19,034 bases of DNA from Salinivirgaceae bacterium (GCA_024405635.1 JAKSOL010000032.1:1-19034), one strand, 5' to 3'; counted from the first letter of the stretch, positions 1-6,657 are shown. Numbers and translations: made by a program. Notes: generated from the sequence alone by a model not told the origin.

Positions 1-2
1 TG

Positions 3-1076
3 GCAGCCGAGCAGAATTATAATTGCATGAAGAAACATGTACTTAAAGTAACTGGCATGGGTATTCATGATATAGAAGTTAGATGGATACCTACTCATAT
101 TGTTACTCCTACAATTACTCTTACAGTCAAAAATGGTGCTATAGAGAGTATATTTGAAGAGGAGCAAACAGCTTTATACATAAAAGCTTTATTGAATGGA
201 ATTAAGATAGGAGAAATTGACCTTGACGAAATGGATATTGCACAGGTGTTATTAGATCATATTGAATTTAAAGGGATAGCAGAGGATCATTGTGATAGAG
301 TTGGTGATTCAGCTGGCTTTGTAGCGAGAGTAAGAAAACAACCACATTTGCTATTACTATATAACGGACATGGTTCTGCATATACAAATTTTCCTTACAT
401 AGCAAAAAAGTCAGCGAGTTGGTATAATTGGTGTGACGAAAATAAAGTTGATAACGACACTATTTTCCCTATATTTTTTGCTCAAGCATGCTCCAATGGG
501 GCATATGCTCAAATATCTCGCAAAGATACAAACCGTTGGAATTCTAAATCTTTTGGTCAAAATGTTGTTACTAATTGCTGTAGTGCATTTATAGGAGCAT
601 CTACTACTACAGGGGCACGCTGGGGGCAACTTTTTGTAAAATGGGCTTTTAAAGGAAAATCGTGGAGTACAAAAGAAAAGAACGAAAGTGCTTGGGAAAA
701 AAAAGAGCATATAGGCGATTTTCTTGACTACGCAAAAGAAAAAGCATTTGACGCAAAAAGTTTTACGGTTTTTAAATTAAGCAACCCATATTCAGCATGC
801 AAACGTTTCAATCTATTTGGCGACCCAACTTTATTTATGAGAGGATTTAACATCTACAATGTAAAATTTCAAAATGAGTCTTTTACAAATAACAATAAGA
901 TGTATTACAAGGCTTTAAAAACCATTGATACGAACAATAAAACTGTAGTAGTTAATAAAGACGCAGAACTGAAACTAATAGCAGGCGAAAAAATAATGCT
1001 TAAGCAAGGTTTTAAAGTAGAAAAAGGAGCTACTTTTAAAGCCGAGATACAGAAAGGTTTACCATTAAACAATTAA
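3..1076 (+). CDS. Peptidase C25 (gingipain-like, clan CD) cysteine protease with C-terminal 3-coathanger-stack-like domain; probably 5'-truncated by the window edge
   Basis: Frame is open from base 3 (first ATG at 27, no signal peptide there). C25-type motifs: YNGHGS (catalytic His), AQACSNG (catalytic Cys), AFIGAST, FNLFGDP. The C-terminal LIAGEKIMLKQGFKVEKGATFKAEI matches the 'AGxxIxLxxGFxVxxGAxFxA' motif of Bacteroidota 3-coathanger stack domains. Confidence 0.8.
   Translation, partial: AAEQNYNCMKKHVLKVTGMGIHDIEVRWIPTHIVTPTITLTVKNGAIESIFEEEQTALYIKALLNGIKIGEIDLDEMDIAQVLLDHIEFKGIAEDHCDRVGDSAGFVARVRKQPHLLLLYNGHGSAYTNFPYIAKKSASWYNWCDENKVDNDTIFPIFFAQACSNGAYAQISRKDTNRWNSKSFGQNVVTNCCSAFIGASTTTGARWGQLFVKWAFKGKSWSTKEKNESAWEKKEHIGDFLDYAKEKAFDAKSFTVFKLSNPYSACKRFNLFGDPTLFMRGFNIYNVKFQNESFTNNNKMYYKALKTIDTNNKTVVVNKDAELKLIAGEKIMLKQGFKVEKGATFKAEIQKGLPLNN
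1007..1041 (+). repeat. 35-bp direct repeat, copy 1 (copy 2 at 1876-1910)
   Basis: AGGTTTTAAAGTAGAAAAAGGAGCTACTTTTAAAG vs AGGTTTTAAAGTTGAAAAAGGAGCTAGTTTTAAAG; 33/35 identical; encodes GFKVEKGA(T/S)FK. Confidence 0.95.
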
Positions 1077-1081
1077 CCATT

Positions 1082-1618
1082 ATGAAAAAATTACTATATA
1101 CATTTCTTTTAACAATATTGTTTTTAACAGCTTGTTACAAAGAGGAAGAAATAATACCACAAAGATTTGCTAGTTTTTTCCCATACGAAGAAACGTGGGA
1201 AGAACGAAAATTTCAAACACCACATGGAGTTGAAACATTAAACTTAGGAGTTTCGTTTGAAAAAGAAGATTCTGATCCTCATGGAATTGTTGAACGTATT
1301 GTAAATTTTGTTCTGGTTGGCAACTTTAGATATAATAATGACACTCTATTACCTATCAAATCGTGTATTATGTTTTTTTGCCATGGAGAAGGAAATAGTT
1401 TTTCATCTCAATTATATACAGACGGATATACTTATAGTCCTAGATCAGTAAATGATATAATTCGAGAAGACACATTATATTTAGGAACATGGATGACCTT
1501 TATTAGAGATAAAGGCCTTACAATGATAAAATGGCCAAAAAAGGAAAGTGTTTCTAAATCGGAAATAGAGAGTTACCCAAATACTCCATGGGGCGAAACT
1601 TGGACACTAATAGAATAA
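1082..1618 (+). CDS. Hypothetical lipoprotein (lipoprotein A)
   Basis: Signal peptide MKKLLYTFLLTILF with lipobox LTA-C; starts 5 nt after the protease stop; FFPY near the N-terminus and GETWTLIE C-terminus resemble the other two lipoproteins. Confidence 0.85.
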   Translation: MKKLLYTFLLTILFLTACYKEEEIIPQRFASFFPYEETWEERKFQTPHGVETLNLGVSFEKEDSDPHGIVERIVNFVLVGNFRYNNDTLLPIKSCIMFFCHGEGNSFSSQLYTDGYTYSPRSVNDIIREDTLYLGTWMTFIRDKGLTMIKWPKKESVSKSEIESYPNTPWGETWTLIE

Positions 1619-1684
1619 CCCACCCAATTTTGCATTAAAACTTAACCGCCAGCAACCGAGCAAAAAGAGGTTGTTGGCGGTTTT
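1612..1684 (+). repeat. ~74-bp direct repeat (stop codon, spacer, terminator), copy 1
   Basis: Aligns with 2447-2520 with 6 mismatches and 1 indel (hand alignment). Confidence 0.95.
1644..1684 (+). terminator. Intrinsic terminator after lipoprotein A (short U tail)
   Basis: Stem AACCGCCAGCAACC / GGTTGTTGGCGGTT (one G-U pair) with only 4 T after the GC stem. Confidence 0.75.
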
Positions 1685-1924
1685 AACTTACTCGGCGATC
1701 TTTCATTTTTATACCGAGGATTATCGTTTGAAAACCTTACTTTTGAAACAGAAAACTGGTATAGCAAATTATATTACAGAGCCAAAAACATAAATACAGG
1801 AAACAATACCAAAGTTACTTGTAAACAAGGCTCTGATGTAAAACTAGTAGCTAGTGAAAAAATTTCACTTAAACCAGGTTTTAAAGTTGAAAAAGGAGCT
1901 AGTTTTAAAGTTGTAATAAAATAA
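1682..1924 (+). pseudogene. Orphan, start-less C-terminal fragment of a C25 protease paralog (last catalytic-domain strand plus 3-coathanger-stack-like domain), 80 codons
   Basis: Hand translation FNLLGDLSFLYRGLSFENLTFETENWYSKLYYRAKNINTGNNTKVTCKQGSDVKLVASEKISLKPGFKVEKGASFKVVIK* aligns to the protein encoded by 807-1076 (about 39/80 identical). No in-frame ATG/GTG/TTG follows the upstream in-frame TAA at 1643-1645, so the ORF track misses it. Confidence 0.9.
1876..1910 (+). repeat. 35-bp direct repeat, copy 2
   Basis: 33/35 identical to 1007-1041. Confidence 0.95.
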
Positions 1925-1928
1925 ATCT

Positions 1929-2453
1929 ATGAATAAGAAGATATTGTTTTTAATTATATGTGTTGTGGCGCTGATATCTTGCAATCGACAATGTCCCAAC
2001 ATTTCTAGTGTATTAAAATCTTATGTTCCATATAAACTAAATGACGTGTTTCTCCTAGAAAATGGATGTGATACATTTCCATTTTATGTTGAAAAATATT
2101 TACTAAACGAAGGAGGATCTATCTCTCATAATAAAGAGTCAGGTTGTACGTCAGTTATTTCTATTGAAGCACGATGTAAGCCATATACTATATATTTGGC
2201 GATTAGAACTGAGGTAGAATGCTATGGACCATACATTTCATTTGATTTTAATGGAACTTGTAATTTTTACGATAAAATATCCTCTTCAGGAGGAAAAGAA
2301 TTGTATACAGATTCTTTAAACACTTACAATAAGTGTTATATTTTTCAGTCATTGAATGAAAAAGAAATAAATAAAGTAGTAATTGCTCCAAATTTAGGTA
2401 TAGTAAGGATCCTGTTTAATAATGGTGAAGTTTGGAGACTTGTAGAAGAATAA
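1929..2453 (+). CDS. Hypothetical Cys-rich lipoprotein (lipoprotein B)
   Basis: Signal peptide with lipobox LIS-C; starts 4 nt after the orphan fragment's stop; YVPY near the N-terminus; C-terminus IAPNLGIVRILFNNGEVWRLVEE. Confidence 0.85.
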   Translation: MNKKILFLIICVVALISCNRQCPNISSVLKSYVPYKLNDVFLLENGCDTFPFYVEKYLLNEGGSISHNKESGCTSVISIEARCKPYTIYLAIRTEVECYGPYISFDFNGTCNFYDKISSSGGKELYTDSLNTYNKCYIFQSLNEKEINKVVIAPNLGIVRILFNNGEVWRLVEE

Positions 2454-2520
2454 CCCTCCCAATTTTGCATTAAAACTTAAACCGCCAGCAACCAAGTAAA
2501 TTGAGGTTGCTGGCGGTTTT
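2447..2520 (+). repeat. ~74-bp direct repeat, copy 2
   Basis: Matches 1612-1684. Confidence 0.95.
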
Positions 2521-2532
2521 TGTTTGTTGTTT
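2479..2532 (+). terminator. Intrinsic terminator after lipoprotein B
   Basis: Perfect stem AAACCGCCAGCAACC / GGTTGCTGGCGGTTT followed by TTGTTTGTTGTTT. Confidence 0.85.
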
Positions 2533-2632
2533 GTGGGGAAGAAGGGAATATGGCGATTTAACCCATTATTTCATAAAAAAGAAACTCACGCTGTATTTTG
2601 ATATAATGCCTATGTATGCAAAAAACCGTTTA

Positions 2633-3052
2633 CTATTCCTTCGTTGTCGATTGGTTAGCTTTTGAATCAACTGGTGCTGGTTGCTTAAACAATATTTGTG
2701 TCATAAACACTGCTCCAAATATTAAGAAGTAGAAATAAACTACGCAGAAGTTAAGTCCAGTGGCTACACTTTTCCCACAAATGGGAACCACCATCACTAA
2801 AAACAAAACCAACGACACCAACAACTTTAATGTATTTAGTCCAAGCAAACCAACAGCTGCTTTTTGTGGCCACTTGCGAGCAATCAGTACCGATAGTATC
2901 AACTGTACAACTGTTAGCACTCCAACTAGCGAATACATCATTGTTACCTGACCCAACGTATTTTTTACAATGTGTGGAGCAAACCATGCAAGTCCAAAGT
3001 GCACAAAAAAAACCACCTCAAGAATCAAAAATATAACCAACGCTTTTTTCAT
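2633..3052 (-). CDS. Small four-TM membrane protein, AtpI-like/DUF6168-like
   Basis: Four hydrophobic segments, 'LGLNTLKLLVSL' and 'NFCVVYFYFLIF' patterns, and position downstream of bactofilin as in the Bacteroidota atp operon leader. Confidence 0.55.
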   Translation of the reverse strand: MKKALVIFLILEVVFFVHFGLAWFAPHIVKNTLGQVTMMYSLVGVLTVVQLILSVLIARKWPQKAAVGLLGLNTLKLLVSLVLFLVMVVPICGKSVATGLNFCVVYFYFLIFGAVFMTQILFKQPAPVDSKANQSTTKE

Positions 3053-3113
3053 AATCTTAGCTGTTTTTTGTTTTTATAACAGACTATAATACAACCACTT
3101 ACAAAAAGTAAAT

Positions 3114-3153
3114 ATGCCAAGTACTACAAGCCTATAGCCCTAGCACTTGGCAT
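3114..3153 (-). terminator. Hairpin between bactofilin and the membrane protein gene (possible terminator or processing signal)
   Basis: ATGCCAAGTACTA (3114-3126) / TAGCACTTGGCAT (3141-3153), 12/13 inverted match; T-rich run follows on the minus strand. Confidence 0.5.
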
Positions 3154-3178
3154 TATTTTTAAAGTGTGTTACCTCAAT

Positions 3179-3550
3179 TTATTTTGATGGTGCAGCCTCT
3201 GCAGCACCTTTCACTTCCATTTTGCAGTTGCCTGAGAATACAGCACCTGGTTCAATGGCCAACTTTCCAATGTTTATGTCGCCCACAACTGTCGATGTTT
3301 TTTTAAGCATCAACAAATCCGAAACGTGTAGTTTGCCTTCAACCTTGCCCTCAATTTCCGAATTTTTGCAAGTTATTTCGCCTTTAATATTGCCCGATGT
3401 TCCAACAACAATCTTGCCTTGCACTTGCAAGTTTCCTTCTACTTTTCCATCAATGCGAATGTCGCTTGAACAAACAATATCTCCTTTTATTTGAGTTCCT
3501 GCGCCAATAATGTTTATCTGACGCATTTGTTCTTCTACTTCACGTCCCAT
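3179..3550 (-). CDS. Bactofilin / polymer-forming cytoskeletal protein (CcmA family)
   Basis: IIGAGTQIKGDI...IRIDGKVEGNL...GNIKGEI...IEGKVEGKL...VVGDI...LAIEPGAVFSGNC beta-helix repeats. Confidence 0.92.
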   Translation of the reverse strand: MGREVEEQMRQINIIGAGTQIKGDIVCSSDIRIDGKVEGNLQVQGKIVVGTSGNIKGEITCKNSEIEGKVEGKLHVSDLLMLKKTSTVVGDINIGKLAIEPGAVFSGNCKMEVKGAAEAAPSK

Positions 3551-3593
3551 AGTATTTAGTGGTTTAATTGATTTTTATCGGCAAACCGATTGC

Positions 3594-3624
3594 CAAATAT
3601 ATTTAACCTAACCAAAATGGCAAA
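3594..3624 (-). promoter_or_regulatory. Bacteroidota sigma-A promoter for bactofilin
   Basis: Minus strand reads TTTG (3624-3621), 19 nt, TATATTTG (3601-3594), matching the TTTG-N19-21-TAnnTTTG consensus. Confidence 0.7.
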
Positions 3625-3703
3625 AATGATTTTAAAAGAATAGCTATTTATTCTTCAATTTTGCTCAGCTTGTTTTTATGTTTTAATGTAAAATGCTGAA
3701 CAC

Positions 3704-3735
3704 AAAAAAGCCGCCCCAATAAGTTGAGGCGGCTT
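3704..3735 (-). terminator. Intrinsic terminator of ilvE
   Basis: Minus strand AAGCCGCCTCAA...TTGGGGCGGC followed by TTTTTT, about 20 nt after the ilvE stop. Confidence 0.85.
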
Positions 3736-3756
3736 ATTAATGTTATTTTATGCTAA

Positions 3757-4776
3757 TTATTCAACCACGGTCATCCAGCCAAAAATATCTTCAGCCTCGC
3801 CAAATTGAATAGCAGTGTATCGCTCGTATAGTTTTGTACTAATAGGACCCGGTTTACCATCTTTCGAAATAGTGTAAGTTTTATTCAAAACCGAATCGTA
3901 AATAGAGCGAATTGGGCTTATTACAGCAGCTGTTCCGCATGCTCCAGCCTCTTCAAATGTTTCAAGTTCGTCTTCGGCAATTGGGCGTTGTTCAACTTTA
4001 ATGCCCATGCTCTCGGCCAACTGTTGCAAGCTCTTGTTGGTGATTGATGGCAAAATAGACGACGACTTTGGAGTAACATAGGTGTTGTTTTTTATACCAA
4101 AGAAGTTTGCTGCACCGCACTCGTCGATGTATTTTTTCTCTTTTGCATCAAGATAAAACTCGCTCATGTAACCTGCATCGTGAGCCATTTTGTTTGCTTT
4201 TAGGCTTGCTGCGTAGTTACCGCCAACTTTGTAAGTTCCTGTTCCAAGAGGAGCAGCACGGTCAAAATCGCGTACTATCATGTAGTCGCCTGTTGCAAAA
4301 CCGCCTTTAAAGTATGGTCCAACAGGAGTTACAAATACCATAAACAGGTACTCTGGCGAAGGTTTAACACCAACAGTTGGGCCCACACCGCAAAGCAATG
4401 GACGAATGTAAAGAGTAGCTCCGTAGCCGTAAGGTGGTACAAAGCGCTCGTTTAGTTTTACTGCTTTAAACACAACTTCTTTGAACAACTCAAGCGGAAT
4501 TTGTGGCATTAAGATGCCGTTAGCTGTGTTGTTCATGCGTTTGCAGTTCTCGTCAAAACGGAAGACTCGGATTTTACCATCCTTTCCGCGATATGCTTTT
4601 AATCCTTCAAATGCTTCTTGTCCATAATGCAAGCAAGTTGCTGCCATGTGCATCGGAACATACTCCGACGACGAAACCTCAACCTCGCCCCACTTACCAT
4701 TGCGGTAGTAGCAACGTACGTTGTAATCGGTTTTAACATAGCCAAACGACATGTTGGCCCAATCAATTGATTCCAT
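3757..4776 (-). CDS. ilvE: Branched-chain amino acid aminotransferase (PLP class IV)
   Basis: LHYGQEAFEGLKAY, LYIRP, KVGGNYAASL (PLP lysine), ILPSIT, GTAAVISPI. Confidence 0.96.
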   Translation of the reverse strand: MESIDWANMSFGYVKTDYNVRCYYRNGKWGEVEVSSSEYVPMHMAATCLHYGQEAFEGLKAYRGKDGKIRVFRFDENCKRMNNTANGILMPQIPLELFKEVVFKAVKLNERFVPPYGYGATLYIRPLLCGVGPTVGVKPSPEYLFMVFVTPVGPYFKGGFATGDYMIVRDFDRAAPLGTGTYKVGGNYAASLKANKMAHDAGYMSEFYLDAKEKKYIDECGAANFFGIKNNTYVTPKSSSILPSITNKSLQQLAESMGIKVEQRPIAEDELETFEEAGACGTAAVISPIRSIYDSVLNKTYTISKDGKPGPISTKLYERYTAIQFGEAEDIFGWMTVVE

Positions 4777-4811
4777 AACTAAAATTTTTTAGTAATTCGA
4801 AAAATGGTTGT

Positions 4812-4819
4812 CAAAGGTA
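4812..4819 (-). promoter_or_regulatory. Putative -7 promoter element for ilvE
   Basis: TACCTTTG on the minus strand 35 nt upstream of the ATG; no clear -33 element. Confidence 0.5.
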
Positions 4820-4912
4820 ATGATATTACAAAGCGTTGTAGCATAAAAAGAGCAAAAAGGTTAATACACGTAATTGCTCGCTACCTTTTGTGTTTTGTTG
4901 TTAATAACAAAA

Positions 4913-5509
4913 CTATTCTTCAAGTAACCACTTGCTTCCATCAACTCCATCCATGCGCACTATGCCCGAGCCTTTTGCCACAAAAATGCGGTATATTTCG
5001 GTTGTGCGTTGGTCAATGGTGTCAATCTGCATGCTTATTACATTGTTGTAGGTTTTGTTGCCAATGGTGAGCGTGCTATCAAATTTTACATCAAATTTTC
5101 CGTTGCGTTCAATTGTTGTAAATTGGTCGTCGTGGCGCATAACATAGTATTGGCCAAGGTATCCGTAGTGCTTTACCGAGAATATATACTGATACCTGTT
5201 TTGTCCTCGTTCTTCGGCACTGCAATCTATTTTAAATCCCGATGCAGTGTCAATAGCACTGTAGGTATATGCTTTTGACTCGCACTCGCAAGCTTGGCTA
5301 TTTGGTATAACATAACCTTCAGTAAAATAGACCTTTTCCATTGTTAGGTTAAACTTTTTGTTGCCGTTGGTATAGGTCAACACTTGACCTTCGGTGTATG
5401 GCATAAGCACAAGTTTTCCCTCTGGAAAGCCAGCGCAGTTCACTTCTTTTTTGCACGACTGAAACAAAATAGCCGTCAAGATGACCAAAAGGAACAAAAG
5501 CTTTTTCAT
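4913..5509 (-). CDS. Hypothetical lipoprotein (lipoprotein C), same family as A and B
   Basis: Likely true start is MKKLLFLLVILTAILFQS-C at 5509 (ORF track extends to 5539), overlapping the upstream stop as TAATG. Shares PY, NG..F...EK...EG..I, TYN and GIVR...G..W.L(x)EE with lipoprotein B. Confidence 0.85.
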   Translation of the reverse strand: MKKLLFLLVILTAILFQSCKKEVNCAGFPEGKLVLMPYTEGQVLTYTNGNKKFNLTMEKVYFTEGYVIPNSQACECESKAYTYSAIDTASGFKIDCSAEERGQNRYQYIFSVKHYGYLGQYYVMRHDDQFTTIERNGKFDVKFDSTLTIGNKTYNNVISMQIDTIDQRTTEIYRIFVAKGSGIVRMDGVDGSKWLLEE

Positions 5510-6615
5510 TATTCTTCTCCTATCAAATCGATAATCCACTGTATATTCTCCTTAAGTTGGGCTGGCGATGTAGCATTACGTTTTGAGAATTTTGCATCCC
5601 AAAACCATTTTTCGAGTGCCTTGCGGTGCACTGGATCAATTTCTTTGGTGCCATTGGTACGATAGAAAAAGTATTGCAAAATGGGCAGCAAATTGTGATA
5701 CATAGTAAGGTCGCCATTTATGCGCATCGATTTTAAAAAATCGATTGTTTTAAGTAGGCTTTGTTTGGTTTTAGGCCACACTTTGGCGCAGATGCTTGGT
5801 GTAAGTTTTAGTTGATAAAGGTTACGAGCATCGTTAAAAGCATTAAGTGTAAGCGATAGAGTAAAAATTCGCTCGGTAAAGCGGCCACACTGTGCTACGC
5901 GTTGTGGTGTGTTAAATTCGTCAATGTTTTGTTTTAGGTCAAACTTATCGCTCCATGTGGTGGCGTGAATAAGGTCAAAAACTGTAAGGTGTTTTCCTCC
6001 TTGGTTGATGCGCTCAAAAATTTCAACCACATCGTCAATGTCTTTGTTTGACGATATTACAATGCTGGCTGGATAGGTGAGCAATATTTCGCGACAATGT
6101 TGCAAACTCTCAAGAGTAGCGCGAGCTTGTTTTGTATCGGTTTTGCTCAATTCAATAAGTAGCGACGAAAATTCTTCGTCGTTAAAGATGCGCCAAACTG
6201 GGTAGTTGTTTTTTTCTTTTTGAGTGCGTGGAATACAAAATTCTTTGCGTTCAACATTAAAGCAGATGGTTGAATAGTCAACGTCTTGCATTTTTTTACC
6301 ATAAAGGGCAACATAGAGCGATAGTATGCGTTGCTGGCCATCGAGTATGAAGTGGAAATCGTCGGTGCTAAGTGCGTCGTTTATTCCTTCGATATTTATT
6401 GGACGAACAAAAAACGAATACTCAACGGGGGCTTTCCAAAAAAACACTGAACCTATTGGATATTGATTGTAAATAGAGTTAAGTAGCTTTACAACTTTGC
6501 TTTTTTCCCAAACATAGTCGCGCTGAAAACGAGGTATTTTTATTTGCCCTTGTTGCAACTCGTTTAGTATTTTTTTGAGTGTCCAGTTGTTTACAATTTC
6601 CAGTTTTTGCTCCAT
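5509..6615 (-). CDS. DUF262 (GmrS-like, ParB/Srx-fold) domain protein lacking the C-terminal HNH/DUF1524 domain
   Basis: IPRFQRDYVW, PIGSVFFW, ILDGQQR, IFERINQGGKHL motifs; 368 aa with no EHI.P/GNL-type HNH motifs. Confidence 0.85.
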   Translation of the reverse strand: MEQKLEIVNNWTLKKILNELQQGQIKIPRFQRDYVWEKSKVVKLLNSIYNQYPIGSVFFWKAPVEYSFFVRPINIEGINDALSTDDFHFILDGQQRILSLYVALYGKKMQDVDYSTICFNVERKEFCIPRTQKEKNNYPVWRIFNDEEFSSLLIELSKTDTKQARATLESLQHCREILLTYPASIVISSNKDIDDVVEIFERINQGGKHLTVFDLIHATTWSDKFDLKQNIDEFNTPQRVAQCGRFTERIFTLSLTLNAFNDARNLYQLKLTPSICAKVWPKTKQSLLKTIDFLKSMRINGDLTMYHNLLPILQYFFYRTNGTKEIDPVHRKALEKWFWDAKFSKRNATSPAQLKENIQWIIDLIGEE

Positions 6616-6657
6616 GATATATGTTTTTATATTATTCTGAATTACAGATGCTTATTA

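Noticed and set aside
1625-1632. Promoter-like CAATTTTG within the 74-bp repeat
   Set aside because: It mismatches the conserved first T of TAnnTTTG and points straight into a terminator; unsupported without TSS data.
1612-1687. Integron attC site after each lipoprotein (stop codon within TAAC, followed by a palindrome)
   Set aside because: No matching GTTRRRY end box, the hairpin is a GC stem plus T-tract typical of an intrinsic terminator, and no integrase is visible.
807-1924. Diversity-generating retroelement template/variable repeat pair
   Set aside because: Differences between the two tails involve all bases and indels rather than adenines only, divergence is far too high, and no reverse transcriptase is present.
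3075-3140. Possible atpZ/atpI remnant (minus-strand GYRLVVLGIFTFCKWLYYSLL*)
   Set aside because: Too short, no start codon, overlaps a hairpin; a hydrophobic reading is expected by chance in T-rich DNA.
5510-5539. N-terminal extension MDYRFDRRRI of the 4913-5539 ORF
   Set aside because: It overlaps the DUF262 gene; the ATG at 5509 gives a canonical signal peptide and TAATG coupling.
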